Assembly: GCA_043228905.1 (NCBI GenBank)
Contig: JBHGNT010000003.1
Coordinates: 5,332,001 to 5,396,000, forward strand
DNA length: 64,000 nucleotides
DNA from: Azolla caroliniana
Lineage: Eukaryota; Plantae; Polypodiophyta
Reading direction: 5' to 3'
A program made the position numbers and the translations under genes. A model generated the notes under the pieces. That model ran no database searches. It was not told the DNA's origin and saw only the letters and a program-made list of their open reading frames with translations. This document shows, piece after piece, positions 10,495-23,377 of this stretch (the stretch's first letter is position 1; each line of letters begins with the position of its first letter).

Positions 10495-12487
10495 TTACTC
10501 CTCGTCAAAAATATCGAGGATATTGGATTCTGGTCGGTCCTCGTTGTTCGTTGTGATGGTAGGTGCCATACCGTGGTTCGGCTCGAAGTTCTCCAACTCT
10601 GGCTGTGGTCATCATGTTGTGTCCTCTACGGCATGCGCCTCTCCCTCCTATTGGTCAGCCGTTGAATCCTCGGGTAGTGACTTCCCCATTGGTTCTACCC
10701 ATATTTCTTCGTCTACACCTACAAAAGTACGGTCAGGTTCGCTTTTTAACTCTAGCGGGTCTGGTGTGAAGGTGTCTCGTCGTGGTTCCTCCTGAGGTCC
10801 CTCTTCTACGGTAGCCATCGAGGTATGGGGAATTTCGTTTGGAGCGGGTGTTGTAGTAACCTCCGGGGCTACCTCTTGTTCATGCGGACTCTCGTGATGC
10901 TCTACGGAGTCTGGTGGTTGCGGTGTGAAGGTTTCCGGTCGTGGTTCCTCTTGAGGTCCTTCTTCCGCAGTAGTTGTCGGGGTGTGGGAAACGCCGCTTG
11001 GCATGGGTGCCGCCTCCATCTTTTTCGTTTCCTCTGCTCTTTGTTGTTTGTTGCTGATGTCGTGCAACTGGCATAACGTCTCCTCCTAGCTTTCACCAAA
11101 ATCTTCTAATAGCTACACTATTTCCTCGGTGTGGCCGTCGGCCAAGGCCTAGTAGTCCTGCATTAGGTCTTCTCCGACATTAGCGATGTTATCCTCGCTC
11201 AACTTGTAAAAATCTTTCCCGTCCTTCGTTGATTATCCCAATCCACCCTGTAAGTGTGTAGTTCCACCACCTGTTTCGCCCTTCCGACCCAACCTCTGTC
11301 CATGGCCGCTTGGAGTTGGGTCGTAAACCAATCACATTTTCTGTGGAGGAGGGTGCGAATATGTTCCATGTTGAAGTGAGTGCAAGCTTGCAAATCCTCA
11401 AGAGCCTTTTTTAGGTTTTCGATTTTGCGTTTGTTGAGTGTCACTGCTTCTTCATAATGCATTTTCATTTGTGACCATATCTGAGACTCCTTCTCATGGA
11501 GTCCCTCTAGTCGGCCCATCTCATTGTTGAGGCGTATTTCGACATCTCTGGTTGTTTGGCACTCATGCTCAAGTTGTTTGTTATACCACGCTTGCCTTTT
11601 CTGTGCCCCTTCTCTTAACGTCGTGATGGTTCCTTCTTTCTTGGTTCCCTCCTCATTGAGTGTGTTCAACTCGGCGTTTGTTCGGCCATGCATGGCAATT
11701 TCGGCATCAAGCTTGTCTTGCAATGCCTTAACCACCTTGCGTCCTTTCACTCGAATTTCTGCTTCCCTGTCCAAAGATTGGCGGAGTTCCGACCTAAGGT
11801 AGTCGATCTCTAATTCGGCTAGCTGAGTAGCTCATTTTGCCTTGGCTGTAATGCCGCTTGGGCCTCTACCTCCTCCCGTAGAGCCAGCAACTCAACTACC
11901 TGGGAGGCGGGGACGGGAGTTGTTTGCATCGCTGGTGCGCTGTTTTCGAGCTCCGTAATTCGGTGTTGCGCCTCATCCAACTACTTCTGGGCTACCTTTA
12001 TGGTCTTCCATAAATTTTTGTTCTTGGCAGCTATATCTTTGGCCCCAATGGTAACTATTGCCAACTCCCTATGTACCTCCACTAAGGCCATATTTAGCGG
12101 AGGGAGTTCTATGGCTACACGGCGACTACCGGCACTTCTCTTTCTCCCCCCCCCCCTTGCTAATGGGCCTTCATCTTCACTTTCCGTTGTTTGGTTCAAC
12201 ACGCGCTCGATCATTTGGCGTTCAGCGTGTTCCTCGACCATTCGTTGGGACACTTTAATCTGTTGTGTTGCTAGGAATTCCATTAACTCAAAGGTGGTGT
12301 TGAACTACAAAAGGGCACCGAACTCGTGGGTCGTGTCCAGAATATTTGGGTAGGACAAAACTTCGCTCTCCATGGTGAGCACGCCCTTACCACGTTGCGA
12401 CTGCCCGATTATTATTGGTCGAGGTTCGGAAATCAACTCCAATGTTGTGTAGGCCGCTGCCGTAGAGGGGTTTACGACTGTCTTCAT
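10495..12487 (-). pseudogene. Degenerate retroelement extra ORF (coiled-coil with Pro/Glu-rich tail)
   Basis: ORF pieces 12305-12487, 11981-12283, 11199-11774 and 10648-11067; ends ESNILDIFDEE*. Confidence 0.6.
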
Positions 12488-12658
12488 TCCTTACGGTTGT
12501 TCACCTACTTTGACCTACTTCCTATTACATTTCTTAGAATTACAAATTTGGCCCACGGACAACACCTGGCACGCTCGTGGGACAGTGCCTTGGCACGTCG
12601 AACCCACAATAATCGAGCAATACAATAATCGAAATCCATAAAATGACTATGTTACATT

Positions 12659-13054
12659 TTAATCCTCATTTAAAATCTCAAGGATGCCCTCAGTGTGGTT
12701 TGGATGGGTCGTCTCCTCGTTTGGAGTCGTCGCGGGGCCGGGTTGCGGTGCGCTTGGTCTTTCCTGTGCGGCTGAAATGTCTTGCTCATTTATGTCTGGC
12801 TCCTTTTTCGCATCGATCTGGGATGCCGGGGAGGTTGGGGTGTCACGCTCCAGCTCTTGTTGTCGTGCGTTGGCTGCTTCTGGTTGGTCTGGGGAGTTGT
12901 CATTCATGGCTCGTCCTGTGTCGAGCATCAACAACATTTGATCGTCGTTGAATTCCTCGAGGAGACTTCCGATGGCTATGGTATGCACATCGGCCAAGGC
13001 ATGAAAGTCCTCGGTGAGGTCTTTGCGGATCATATGGATAATGGTGTCATCCAT
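12659..13054 (-). pseudogene. C-terminal remnant of a second paralogous extra ORF
   Basis: IRKDLTEDFHALAD aligns with IRDELVDDFQVLAD of ORF 38920-39456; ends EGILEILNED*. Confidence 0.6.
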
Positions 13055-13489
13055 TTATTTAGCCAAACACAAGAAGAAAGGATATGGTTTTAATGTGACC
13101 TTAAAAGAAATTTTAAGACTGATTATGTCTAGACTCTAACCCCGCAATTCAGATAAAAAGATTTAAAATAAATAAACACAGGAATAAAATAGAATTGGCC
13201 TTCCTGAAGAAGCAGATATGGAAGAGGAAGAGAAACAACAGAGGAAGATTCATGTCAAGTCTTGAGGCATTAGTACCCTGAGCGGAGTGGACGAAATAGA
13301 GATCTCCATCGATGCAGTGAAACAGAGATAAAGTGGAGATGATAGAAGGAGGAAGAAAAAGAAGCCATGAAATGACAGTTTAGCCCCTTGTGCAGCACAA
13401 ACAGCCATAAAATCCATCGCCCCACCCCACCTTGAGTATTTCATGAGTATACCACCATATACCCCCGTGTAGTTTCTTCTATCTCCAGA

Positions 13490-14300
13490 GTGTTAAAAGT
13501 AGATTTATGCTGAAGTTTAAGATCTGTTGAAAAATCATCTTACACATAATATCCTTGATAGTCATCAAATTTCCATATAGCATCAGTTCCAAAAGTAATG
13601 GTGATCGACTTCATGGGTAGCCTACTAGTCTACCTGAACCTCCAATTTGTACCATTTCTATTCAGGTACTATTTAAGCCTCTTCTTTTATAATGGAACAA
13701 ATCATTCCAATTGAGAGGACTAAAACATAGCAACCACCAAGTAATCTCAAGTTTTAATATCATATCTCGTGTCTTGAAACCCATCTCTGTCATGAAAGTC
13801 TCCTCTCAAATCTTGCCAGTCATTGTGAGACCACATCAGACTCCATACCCAAAAACCAGAAAATGAAGCAGTGGTGTAAACCTTCTCCGAAGCAGCCATG
13901 AAGATCCTCTCATGTATATCTCTCCTTTCGCTATCATGTTGTGTCTGTATGTCTGTCTCCCTCTCCCTCTCCCTTTCCCATCTCCTTCTCCCTGTCTCTG
14001 TCTAGACACATTTCACGTGGTTGTGGTGAACCATGACGTTTGTATAACTAAAACCCAAAATTTATTTGACTGCAAAATGTATGAAATTTGTGTTACATTT
14101 ATGAAATTGATTTAAGTACATAGAAACCTTAACATTACCTAAATGATCACAAATATCTCTACCTCTCTCCATCATCACCCTCCAAAATTTATCTCCTTAG
14201 CCTTGAATTATTAACGAGACATCAAACAAATTCATTCATCATAGCAGCCTCATAACGTAATCAAAGATACATAGATAGATAGATAGATCATCGATGGATA
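13490..14300 (+). repeat. Segmental-duplication flank (downstream of Roco copy A)
   Basis: Homologous to about 23960-24370 and 59740-60480 (e.g. ctgaagtttaa.atctgttgaaa...cagaaaatgaagcagtggtg). Confidence 0.85.
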
Positions 14301-14862
14301 CATAGATAAAGGTATTAAAGGTATTACCAGTTTCAGAGTTTTGAATGGCATGATTTGTATGAATATGTGGTATGTGACTGGTATAGCATACCTTACATTT
14401 CTTTTGGAAATTGGTTATCTTATTCTAGAAACATAGAGAGCCATCATTACAATTATAGGTGTGGGTATTGTGGAACATATTAGTTCTCCCTGCTTGTTAT
14501 ATGAATATAAGTGCTTTTAGAGATTCCTAGTTTCCTAGTGGGTGAAGTGAGAGAATGTGGCCTGCTAGAAATATCTTAAGTAAATCACAGCTTCAATCTC
14601 ATGGTACTATCTTTGAACTATGAAGGGTTTATGTATCATATTTCCATCAAGGATATTCAACTATACTTTTGGGTATATCAGTGTATGCTGTTTTATTAGG
14701 TTAAATGTATTGGTTCTAGTAGGAATGTACATGCAAAGCAAAATTTATATACCATATTCTATTGTACACATTTGGTTTATTATGTGCCAACTGAAGTTTT
14801 GTTGGTGTATTGCTGGTTATTGGCCTCACCTTACGTCTAATGCTTTTTAATGATGTGAACAG

Positions 14863-15196
14863 ATACTACAAGTCCCCAACACGGAAGAGATTACGCTCCC
14901 TGCCAGATGTTGAACGGTATTTATATATATTCTTGAGTTCTACTAGCAATGCTTCTAGCATTTTATAAATCTCGGTGGTGAAATTATATTACATTCTCTC
15001 TAAGAGATTCCTTTGTCGAAGTTTTTTGTTCAGCTTTTTAGCGGAGCATCCAGAGTATGGCAAAGCAGGTATCACCAAAAATCAGTTCTCATTTGTTAGA
15101 CCAACACCCTTGCATATGGATCATATGGATCATGGTAAGAGGAGTGTGGACAGTACACATGAAATGAAAGGTTCAATCATCAATAAGAAAATCTAG
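14863..15196 (+). pseudogene. Two 3' exons (14863-14916, 15034-15196) of an MBD2-like methyl-CpG-binding-domain gene; 5' exons not found
   Basis: AG/GT-bounded exons splice in frame to YYKSPTRKRLRSLPDVER-FLAEHPEYGKAGITKNQFSFVRPTPL, matching the recalled plant MBD2-type pattern YYxxPSGKxLRSxxEV..L..HPEY...G..L.QFSF..P.PL. Confidence 0.7.
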
Positions 15197-16343
15197 CAAT
15201 AGCATCTAGTTCACATCAACTTGGAGATAACGAAGATTGCATGACTTTTGATGTAAACAGCCCAACATTGGTAGTTGAATAGAATATGTTGGACTCTTCA
15301 TATAATGATCACCATTGCTCTCAAAAGGTTCTTTTGACAAAAGAAATATTTGTCTTCTTTTCAAATATATTCCTTTGGGTTAATGAAAGTATACTTTTTG
15401 TAAAACTGTGTAAAGGGGTTTGGACATGTAGATTAATTGATTTCTCTCTTTCCTATCGCGCTAATTTGTATATGGCTCCAAGATCCTTGTATACTTTAAT
15501 CAACAAACAATTTCATGTACATATTAGAAGCACGTAATAGGGAGCTGTGAGCATTGAAAGATTCTTTAAGGGGGGGGTATTAGATTGTGAACAAGACGTT
15601 CGATCAAGTGGTTCATAAACAATTCAAATCTATTTATTGATTGTGTATCTCAACTTACAATTTGATGATTAAAATTTAGAATGATGGGAGATTCTCAATA
15701 AATAGTCTTTAAATCTATGATGATGGTTTATTGAAGGTGACTATTTTTTTATTAGATATGTTAATGATGAATCATTTCCTATTATGAATTACATATGTAT
15801 GCTCTAGAATATAGAGATGTTTTAAGAGTTTAGAAACAATTAGATAAGAAGCATAGGATTCACTATAGTAGTGCCTATTCTTTGTGTAAAATTATTGGAA
15901 CAATTGTACCATACATTGCCATTGTTACTTGGCATGCGTAATCATCATTACTTTGAGGTTTGAACAAGACTTTGCTAGCTTATGCAATGTCTTGTAGAGA
16001 AATTTTGCTATTAAAATTTTGTTGTATTTCAAAGTAGTGTGGATGATAATTCACATACACCTACACAAACACAAATTAACAATCACATTCGAATCTAGAT
16101 ATGCATAAGTATATGCAAACACACATGTGGATCTTATGTTTTAGGTAAATATGGAACTTATGTGTGAAGAATTACCATAAAGTATCCCAACCCTTGCACC
16201 AACTTTCAATATGTGTGTGCACGTATCAATGTAATTTTTTGTGCATGTGTAAATTTCTTTGATTGTGCCCTCATGCATTATAGCGATGGGCCTAGTTTGG
16301 TTTCGGTCCAGTGCTTTTTCTTGAATCAAAGAAATTACAAAGC

Positions 16344-16830
16344 CATATAAATTGAACCATTTAGAACCAAGCCATTTAAGCCAAAACGTTTTAATAGTAG
16401 GTGAAATTGAACCGGGATTTACATGCCTCATTTTTTGGATGTGCATAGTGGAAAAGAGTGGTAGAGAGTGAAAGTGAGCTTGAAGTGTGAATTTTAGAGT
16501 ATGATAGTATGAACAATCATAGTAAAAGAGCGAGAACTTTTAACATTTAGCTTCAAAGCAACAGACAACAAGAGAGAGCTAGAAGACGTATAATTTGAAC
16601 CATTTAGAACCAAGCCATTTAAGCCAAAACGTTTAAAAGGAAGGCAAAATTGAACATGGATTTACATGCCTCATTTTTTGGATGTGCAGAGTGTTAGTGA
16701 GTGAATGTGAGCTTGAAGCATGGATTTCTGAGTATGAGAGTGTGAACGATCATAGTAAAAGAGCGAGAACCTTTAACATTTAGGTTCAAAGCCAGACACA
16801 ACAAGAGAGAGCTAAAAGACAGAAAAGGAC
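16344..16830 (+). repeat. Imperfect ~240-bp tandem duplication
   Basis: ttgaaccatttagaaccaagccatttaagccaaaacgttt occurs at about 16352 and 16595 with colinear downstream sequence. Confidence 0.8.
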
Positions 16831-17012
16831 ATAAAGAGATCAATACTTTAACAATGGAACAAATGAAAACAAATAATAAGCGATGCTTCACCTATTTATC
16901 ATTTAGAAAATGTTATTTATCAAACCAATGAGAAAATGTTAATTTATCAAAATAAGGTTTTCAAACCAATGAGAAAACGATATCTATTAAAAAACATATA
17001 GAAGGATACACT

Positions 17013-20000
17013 TTAGCCTAGTGAAAAGGGCCTTTTTCCTTTATAGTGTGTCTCACATAACCATTCAACTTGAGTTCTACCATCAACTTCATAGCTAGAA
17101 GGTTTGAGAAGGAACTTCTTAGCTATGTTCGCATCTGTCAAACCTCCATTTTCCTCCAATATCGACACCAAACACTTTTGCCACTCTTTCGAAGCAGACT
17201 CTAATGTATTTAAATATCTATCTTTCTTTGATTTAATTGTATTTTGTATAAGGGGATATACATTGCCTTGTTGTTTGAGGTGGGGGAACCGATTAGGAAT
17301 CAAGCAGCCTGCAAGTGGAACCACAGAAGAAATACCAAGTCTAGCAGCTAGTATCAAAATACGAAGGAAACCATTGATATAAGGAAGAGCTTTATTTAGC
17401 GTCTTTAATTGAGCCTCTGAAAAGCAAGTGAGGGTGATACCAGGTTGGCCTTTCACTGGATGTGGCAATCTCTTATGTTCACAATATAAATGGATTGTCA
17501 CAGAGTCCTCGTCCAAAAGTTTAGCCATGAATGTCCTAAGTCTTTGAAGTGCCGAGTTACCAGATTTAAACATAAGGAAGGCAACACGAGGGAGTTGCTT
17601 CTTATCTTCATTATCTAGAGCCATCTCTAAAAGCTTGTTTACAGATTTCTCAACCTTGCTAATAACGTCTTTCCTCAAACATTGAAGTTCTTTATGAATT
17701 TCCTCTAGCTTATTAGTCATTTGATCCACCTTATCATTTAACTTCAGAACCTCTTGATGAATGGCATCCACCTTATCATTTAACTTTAGAACCTCATCAT
17801 GAGTGGCATCCACCTTACGACGTAAACTTAAATTTATTGACCTTACCATAAACTTACTAGATTGTACATCTATTGTGTCTTCTGATATCTTACCTTCTTG
17901 CACCAACTGGTTTTCAATGTTGGGTGTGATCTCACGACTTTGATGTTGCCTAGATATATCGCCTTTCTCATTCGCCAACAATGCATCCTCCATCTCCACC
18001 TCAAACCATTGTTTACATGAGTTGAAGACCTCCTCATAATACTCTGACCCTAAGAGATCTATAAATGCACTCGTGAGAGAATGATACATGTCTCTAGTAC
18101 ATTTCCAATCATAAAATTCTTCCTTGCCTTTCTCAAATTTTTCTCGAAGTTGTTCCTTCAAGTAAGTTATTTTCACACATTGGTCTTCTCTTTTTGGTGC
18201 ATCTGATGGATCACATAAACAATCGGGCCGGATGACACTCTCGATCAGCCTAACCCCTTGTATGCCAGTGGGTTGTGCACATATTGTGATCAAGGTGTTG
18301 ATAATATGCTTTTCCACAAAAGCTAAGGTACTTAACGTGTTTTCTTTCGTATTACTCTGTGCTCGAACCAACACATCTATCACATAGTTTGATTTTGCTT
18401 GACATAGCATGATGATTATCTCAGTTTTTGGGTATCGTATGGATATGAAATCCTTGCCCAAAGTGACCTGAGCTTTATCATCCTCAGATTGGAAGGCATT
18501 GTTAAATAACACTTGAATCCTCGGAAACAGTCCTGGTGTAAGAAACGTGCAGTCGTCGTTCTCGCACCCTAGTCTTCTTCCCATATACACTAAAGTATCC
18601 TTATCATCATCCATTGGAGTCCATTGGGGTTGTTCTCTAGCCTCATCCTTGGACAATATGGCTGGGATAAAGATCCACTCTCCTGTGGTATCGGGGACCT
18701 TGGGAACTTTGCAACATAAGTGCATGGCTTCCATCAACTCTACCAGCAATGAACTGTTCACTTTAGGTCTTATAATGGATTCAAACTTCTGCTCAAGGAA
18801 ATGACGAGGGATGTATCCATTGTCGAATACAATGGTACCCTTAGATGAGCCTTTCGAGTTTGGGAAACCAATGAAGTTGCCCATGATTTGATTGCAAAAC
18901 CAGTTTGGATTGAGAACTATGTGCTTGATTTTGTTTATGTATATGATGTTACCAGATTCATTCAAGGATAAGGCAATTATATTTAGCTTAGCTTTGTCAC
19001 CGGTGAGCTTGGAAAGCTGACGGTCAATATTGCAGATTTCAATAAATTTGGTCCATGTAATGATTTGTTCATTTGTATTCTTTGAATGATCCCAGAGATG
19101 TTTACTTACTCGCGAGCAGATGTCGTAGAGCTCGATACCTTGGAGCAACTCTTTGGCAATTCTGAAAATGCATTCTCCTACAGCTTTGACAGAATCTTTC
19201 TTTCTTGCATCCACTTCAAATGGAGGGTCCACGATGTCAATCACCCTTTTGAAATCTGATCGAAGAGATTCAATGGAAGGTGAGAGGGAGCTTGAGATGA
19301 GATCAATTTGATCTGATCGTGTGAATACCACCACCACTTTGATGGCAATGTTGGATTGAGGGCTTTTGGAGGCGAGGAACTTGAGCCAGTACCTGAAGCT
19401 TGCTTCGAAGTTGGCTGCGTTTTTCCTTTCTCCTCTGTCGCTACTTTCGCTATCCATGGGGCTCCAAACAAACATGAACATGGATGGGAACTGATAAGAG
19501 CTGGTTCCTATGTCTGGGAACATGCAGTCGTGGAATGCGTGGAACTGTTGTTGGCCTGCCATGTCCCACACAGACACTCGGATTCCATCCTTTTTTATGG
19601 TCTGCACCTCGATTCCATGTGTGCGACCTCTTCGGGTAAACAGGTCTTGCAGTTGATCTCTCCTGAGTGTATAGATGGAACGCATGGTGGATACAAGGGT
19701 AGTCTTTCCTGGAGCAATCAAAATAAGAAAATTATGCATTACAATGGTTTAGTGTGATTACGCCCCATCAATATTGCCTGCTGTTTTGATTTGTCAATAT
19801 TTGAGAGTGTTCTCTGTTTTTTTTTTTTTTACCTGCGAATGGATCTCCGCAGATGAACAATCGCATGGAAGTAGCAGGCACTCGCTTCAAGTCTGATCCC
19901 AACAAGAAATTGCGCTGGTTCCTCCACAGCTGCGCCTGAATGGCAGGATCCTGAAACCCTAATGTTCCAAAGAAAGGAAGGCCGGATCGAGCAAGCGCAT

Positions 20001-20677
20001 CCACCACTGCAGCAACAGCAGATCGGCTTAAATCATTTGCAGGAGGACCAACGTCAAGGCTGTATAATCGAGGAAGAGATGAATGGATGTTGCCAGCTGT
20101 CTCTGCCCCTTTCTTTGGGGGTTCTAGGCTATCCATGAAATCCATTAGCTCCTCCTCCTTTCTCCCGCCCCAACTGATTAGAGACAGCTCTTTGAGCTGC
20201 GGCCAGTGGCGCAGGAAACCTGTGCTCCTTCTCCAGTCAATGCGATAACCACAATTTATGTGCAGCCTGTGGAGAGAGGCTGCGAGGGGTGAATGCGAGG
20301 GATGAAGCTCCGCCAATTTCACCACAAACTCTTCTTCTGAAGATACTCTCACACGGTCAAGGTGGAGGGATGTGAGGGAGGTAAAGTCGCATAACACCTC
20401 AAAGCATTCATCACTCATTTCCATAAAGCGAAGGGAGAGATGTTTGAGACGTTTGTTTTTCTTGAGGGCACGCAGAAGACCATGAGCATCCCTGAATTCA
20501 TCTGCCTTGATGAGGAGGCTGCTGGGGCCCGCATGACGATCTGCAGCGAGAGAGAGAGCCTCCACCCAACACCTGTTCTCCTCTTCGCTGAGTTCCAAAT
20601 TATACAGTAGGAGATGGCCGGAGTGATTGGCGGCGGCCGTGAGGATGGCCAACCGCCGTTGTTGTTCTTGTTCTTGT

Positions 20678-20714
<37 letters not shown>

Positions 20715-21036
20715 ATGCATTATCATCATTATCATCATCATCATGTCTGAAATCGAACATCATGTCTCTGCTCCCCCATTCCCATTTTTCATCTTCACCA
20801 AATGACGTCTGAATTAGCCACCTTTCCTCTTGATCAAAATCGGTGGTATCCACTAGGAAGAGGTTCTCAACATTGGGAAGATTAATTAAGTCTACATCAT
20901 GAGTAGACGTTGAGGTTGAGATTGAAGATCTGAGGTTGAATAGAGCTGCTGCTCTCGATTTCTCCACCGCGTCTCTTATCTTATCGTATGTCCACTCCCT
21001 GTAGGTGAGTTTGTGAGGGGGTGGGAGACGCTCCAT
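17013..21036 (-). CDS. TORNADO1-like LRR-Roc-COR (Roco) protein; exons 21036-19833 and 19708-17013; 1299 aa
   Basis: A GT-AG intron (19709-19832) joins GDPFAG|KTT (P-loop). Other Roc motifs: G2 RTHGI, G3 WDMAGQ, G4 TRSD, G5 DAR. COR region LNPNWFC...TPGLFPRIQV; TRN1-type C-terminus HLYCEH...GQPG and WLC; N-terminal RI-like LRRs. Spliced length is 3900 nt with no stops. Confidence 0.88.
20660..20744. repeat. Coding microsatellites (TAG)n and (CAT)n giving poly-Thr/Asp/Gln in Roco exon 1
   Basis: gtagtagtagtag... and catcatcat; protein HDDDDNDDNASTTTTTTTTTTTTQEQEQQ. Confidence 0.9.
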
Positions 21037-22680
21037 GAATAAGAAGTGAAGAGAATGGACGCAAATTAATAAAACGAGGACGAATTTAGAGTCCTGTCAA
21101 GTTTAGCAACAAGGATAAACTCCTCTCTCTCTCTAATAGAAAAATGGGTGCCACTGAGCTTTCTTCTTCTCTATCTTAATCTTATTCCCTTTCCATGTAC
21201 ATAGTTGTTCACACAAATGGAAGATGTGTATGATCATCTCGCCTCGCCGCTCAAGTTATATTGGCTGACATTTCTCACCGGTCGATATCCTATCATATCT
21301 TGGTTGACTCTTCGATCAGATGTTAATGAAAGTCTCTCCATTCCTATATCCATCTACATTTGTGTGAGTAATTGGTGATGCCCTATCATATGTGGCAGGG
21401 ATATGTTTTGCTAGTTCAATTTTTTCCATCTACTCTTCCCTGGGAGGGATATGTTTTGTTTTATACAGTATCATGGAGTGGTGTGAATATCATATTTGGT
21501 GGTGTTTGATATCCACATTATATCACGAGATGTGTTCTCGTGATTTATTTGGTGTTTATGAGGTATCACACGATGACTTGCTCATATTATTGTGGTGTCG
21601 ATACCACATGTCTCCCTTTCCTTGGCTTTTTGGGCACCATTTAGTTGAGGTTTCTGGGCAACTTGGTTGATGGGAGAAAAGTTGATGCAAATTAACATCC
21701 ACTTTTCGGTCCGTCCAGAAAGCTGGATCTTTCAATGCATGAGGTGGAGGGAAGCATAGCTAAAGTTGATCTCTTCATTATTGTTTGATGAAATGGAGTT
21801 CAAACTATATATTTGAATGGTTCAAATGACAAAACATATTCCATATGAGTGAGAGAAAGACCAATTTCATGGATAGATGCACATGCCTTTTGCAATTCCT
21901 TTTAGCATCTTCCTCTTCTATCAAAAGTCTCCGCATATTTTTTGTCTTTTCAATTTATTGTTGTGTTTCCTTTCCCTTGCATGACCTTTTGGTTGGCCTC
22001 TAAGGAGTTTTGGATAAGATGTTGGTCATCTCGTGGGCCATTTGTAGAAAAGAAGATTGTGTACGGAAGTAGAAGATAGAATTGTAGAAAGGAAATCTGT
22101 AAAACTAGGCCCAATATTATCATTGTATAATTCCAATTACCGACTAACAAATATAAGTTAATGAGGAATGAATGTACAAGGTTCAGGCCATTTTTTCCTT
22201 TGTGGTGAATTTACCCTTAGGTCTTAAAATAACGTACCCTATATATCCAACCCAATAAGACAAAGGACAACCCAAGATTTTTGATAGTTATCCCTTTCTT
22301 CAACAGCTCCTCCATTTGCATTAGTATGCAAGAATGTTCCAAATGGGTAGCAAAGAGAGCCTTTCACTAGTGCATTTGCGAATGCATGCCCATTACATGG
22401 AATTGAGAGTTCTAGTGTTCTTGCATCACCAAAATGTTGACACCTACACTGAGTAGTTTAGTATTAAAACCCACATTTGGTAATGCTTTAGATTGCATCC
22501 ACATAAGCTTTGAAAAGTAGGAATTTTTGTATGGTCAAATAGAAAAATTAAGCTAAACTAAAAGCTTATTGTTATTTGGATTTGGGTGATCCAAGTTGCC
22601 ATCCAAGCTATTGCACATATGATTGTTCTAACTAAAAGCAAATACTGTTGTTGTTTGGATTTGGGTGATCCAAGCATGGT
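21037..22680 (+). repeat. Upstream flank of Roco copy A, duplicated upstream of copy B
   Basis: Colinear with 31701-31803 + 37057-38300 + 48963-49230 once the two LTR elements are removed. Confidence 0.85.
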
Positions 22681-23245
22681 GTTGGACGATAAGTATTCAA
22701 AGTTTCTCCATCCTATCAATGTACTTGTGGTATGTGATTAATGTGATGCAAATTTGGTATTTTTCATTGTGTGGTAGGGATATGTGTTGTTTCATGTGGT
22801 GATGTGAATATTATAGTTGATGGTGTTTGATATCATACAATGTGTTTTGGTGATTTATTTTTGTTCATTGCGTATCACAGAATGCGTTCAAATATCATTG
22901 GTGTTGATATTTAGTCCAATATCAACACCATGTAATATCAAAGTTTTTGTTGTGAAAACACAACCCGACACTTTTTGTTGTCTCCTTTACCGTCATCTTG
23001 GTTGATCTAAAAAAGTCAACGCAAATTAACATCCACTTTTGGGGGCCTTGCGAAAGTCAATCTTTTAATGCATTGAGGTGATCGTAAGTGTAGTTAAGAT
23101 TTGTCCATCTATCTTGATTACTATTACATCTCTTCATTTGATTGCAAGATGACAAAACAAATCCAATATGAGTGAGAGAAAAAGAATTCATTGATTGATA
23201 CACATGCCACTTGTAGTGCCTTTTGGCATCTTTGTCTTTTGCGAC

Positions 23246-23377
23246 ACTTGGGGTTTACTCATACTATAAAGTCAAAAGTTTTGGTAGGTTATTCGTCATT
23301 TCAACATAGTACTTGGGGTTTACTCATACTATAAAGTCAAAAGTTTTGGTAGGTTATTCGTCATTTCAACATAGTAC
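23246..23377 (+). repeat. Perfect 65-bp tandem duplication
   Basis: acttggggtttactcatactataaagtcaaaagttttggtaggttattcgtcatttcaacatagt twice. Confidence 0.9.

Larger units (their letters stand above)
9953..13055 (-). mobile_element. Truncated 3' end of a non-chromoviral Ty3/gypsy (candidate 3' LTR 9953-10442 plus two tandem extra-ORF remnants), related to 38301-48962
   Basis: Coiled-coil ORF pieces are homologous to the extra ORF at 38791-42556 (shared C-terminus ILDI[FL]DEE*). The motif TGGCACGC..GTGG.ACAGT.CC is shared next to the LTR, and CGTTTCCCACT is shared near the LTR end. No partner LTR or TSD is seen. Confidence 0.7.

Noticed and set aside
13250-13950. Possible degraded gene on the minus strand in the duplicated flank
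   Set aside because: Multiple stops and no recognisable domain in any copy.
15565-16000. AAGGGGGGGG followed by TATTAGA as an old PPT-LTR junction
   Set aside because: No partner LTR, TSD or coding remnant found.
22170-22520. Possible transposon-protein remnant (also 38030-38300)
   Set aside because: Translation too degraded to assign.
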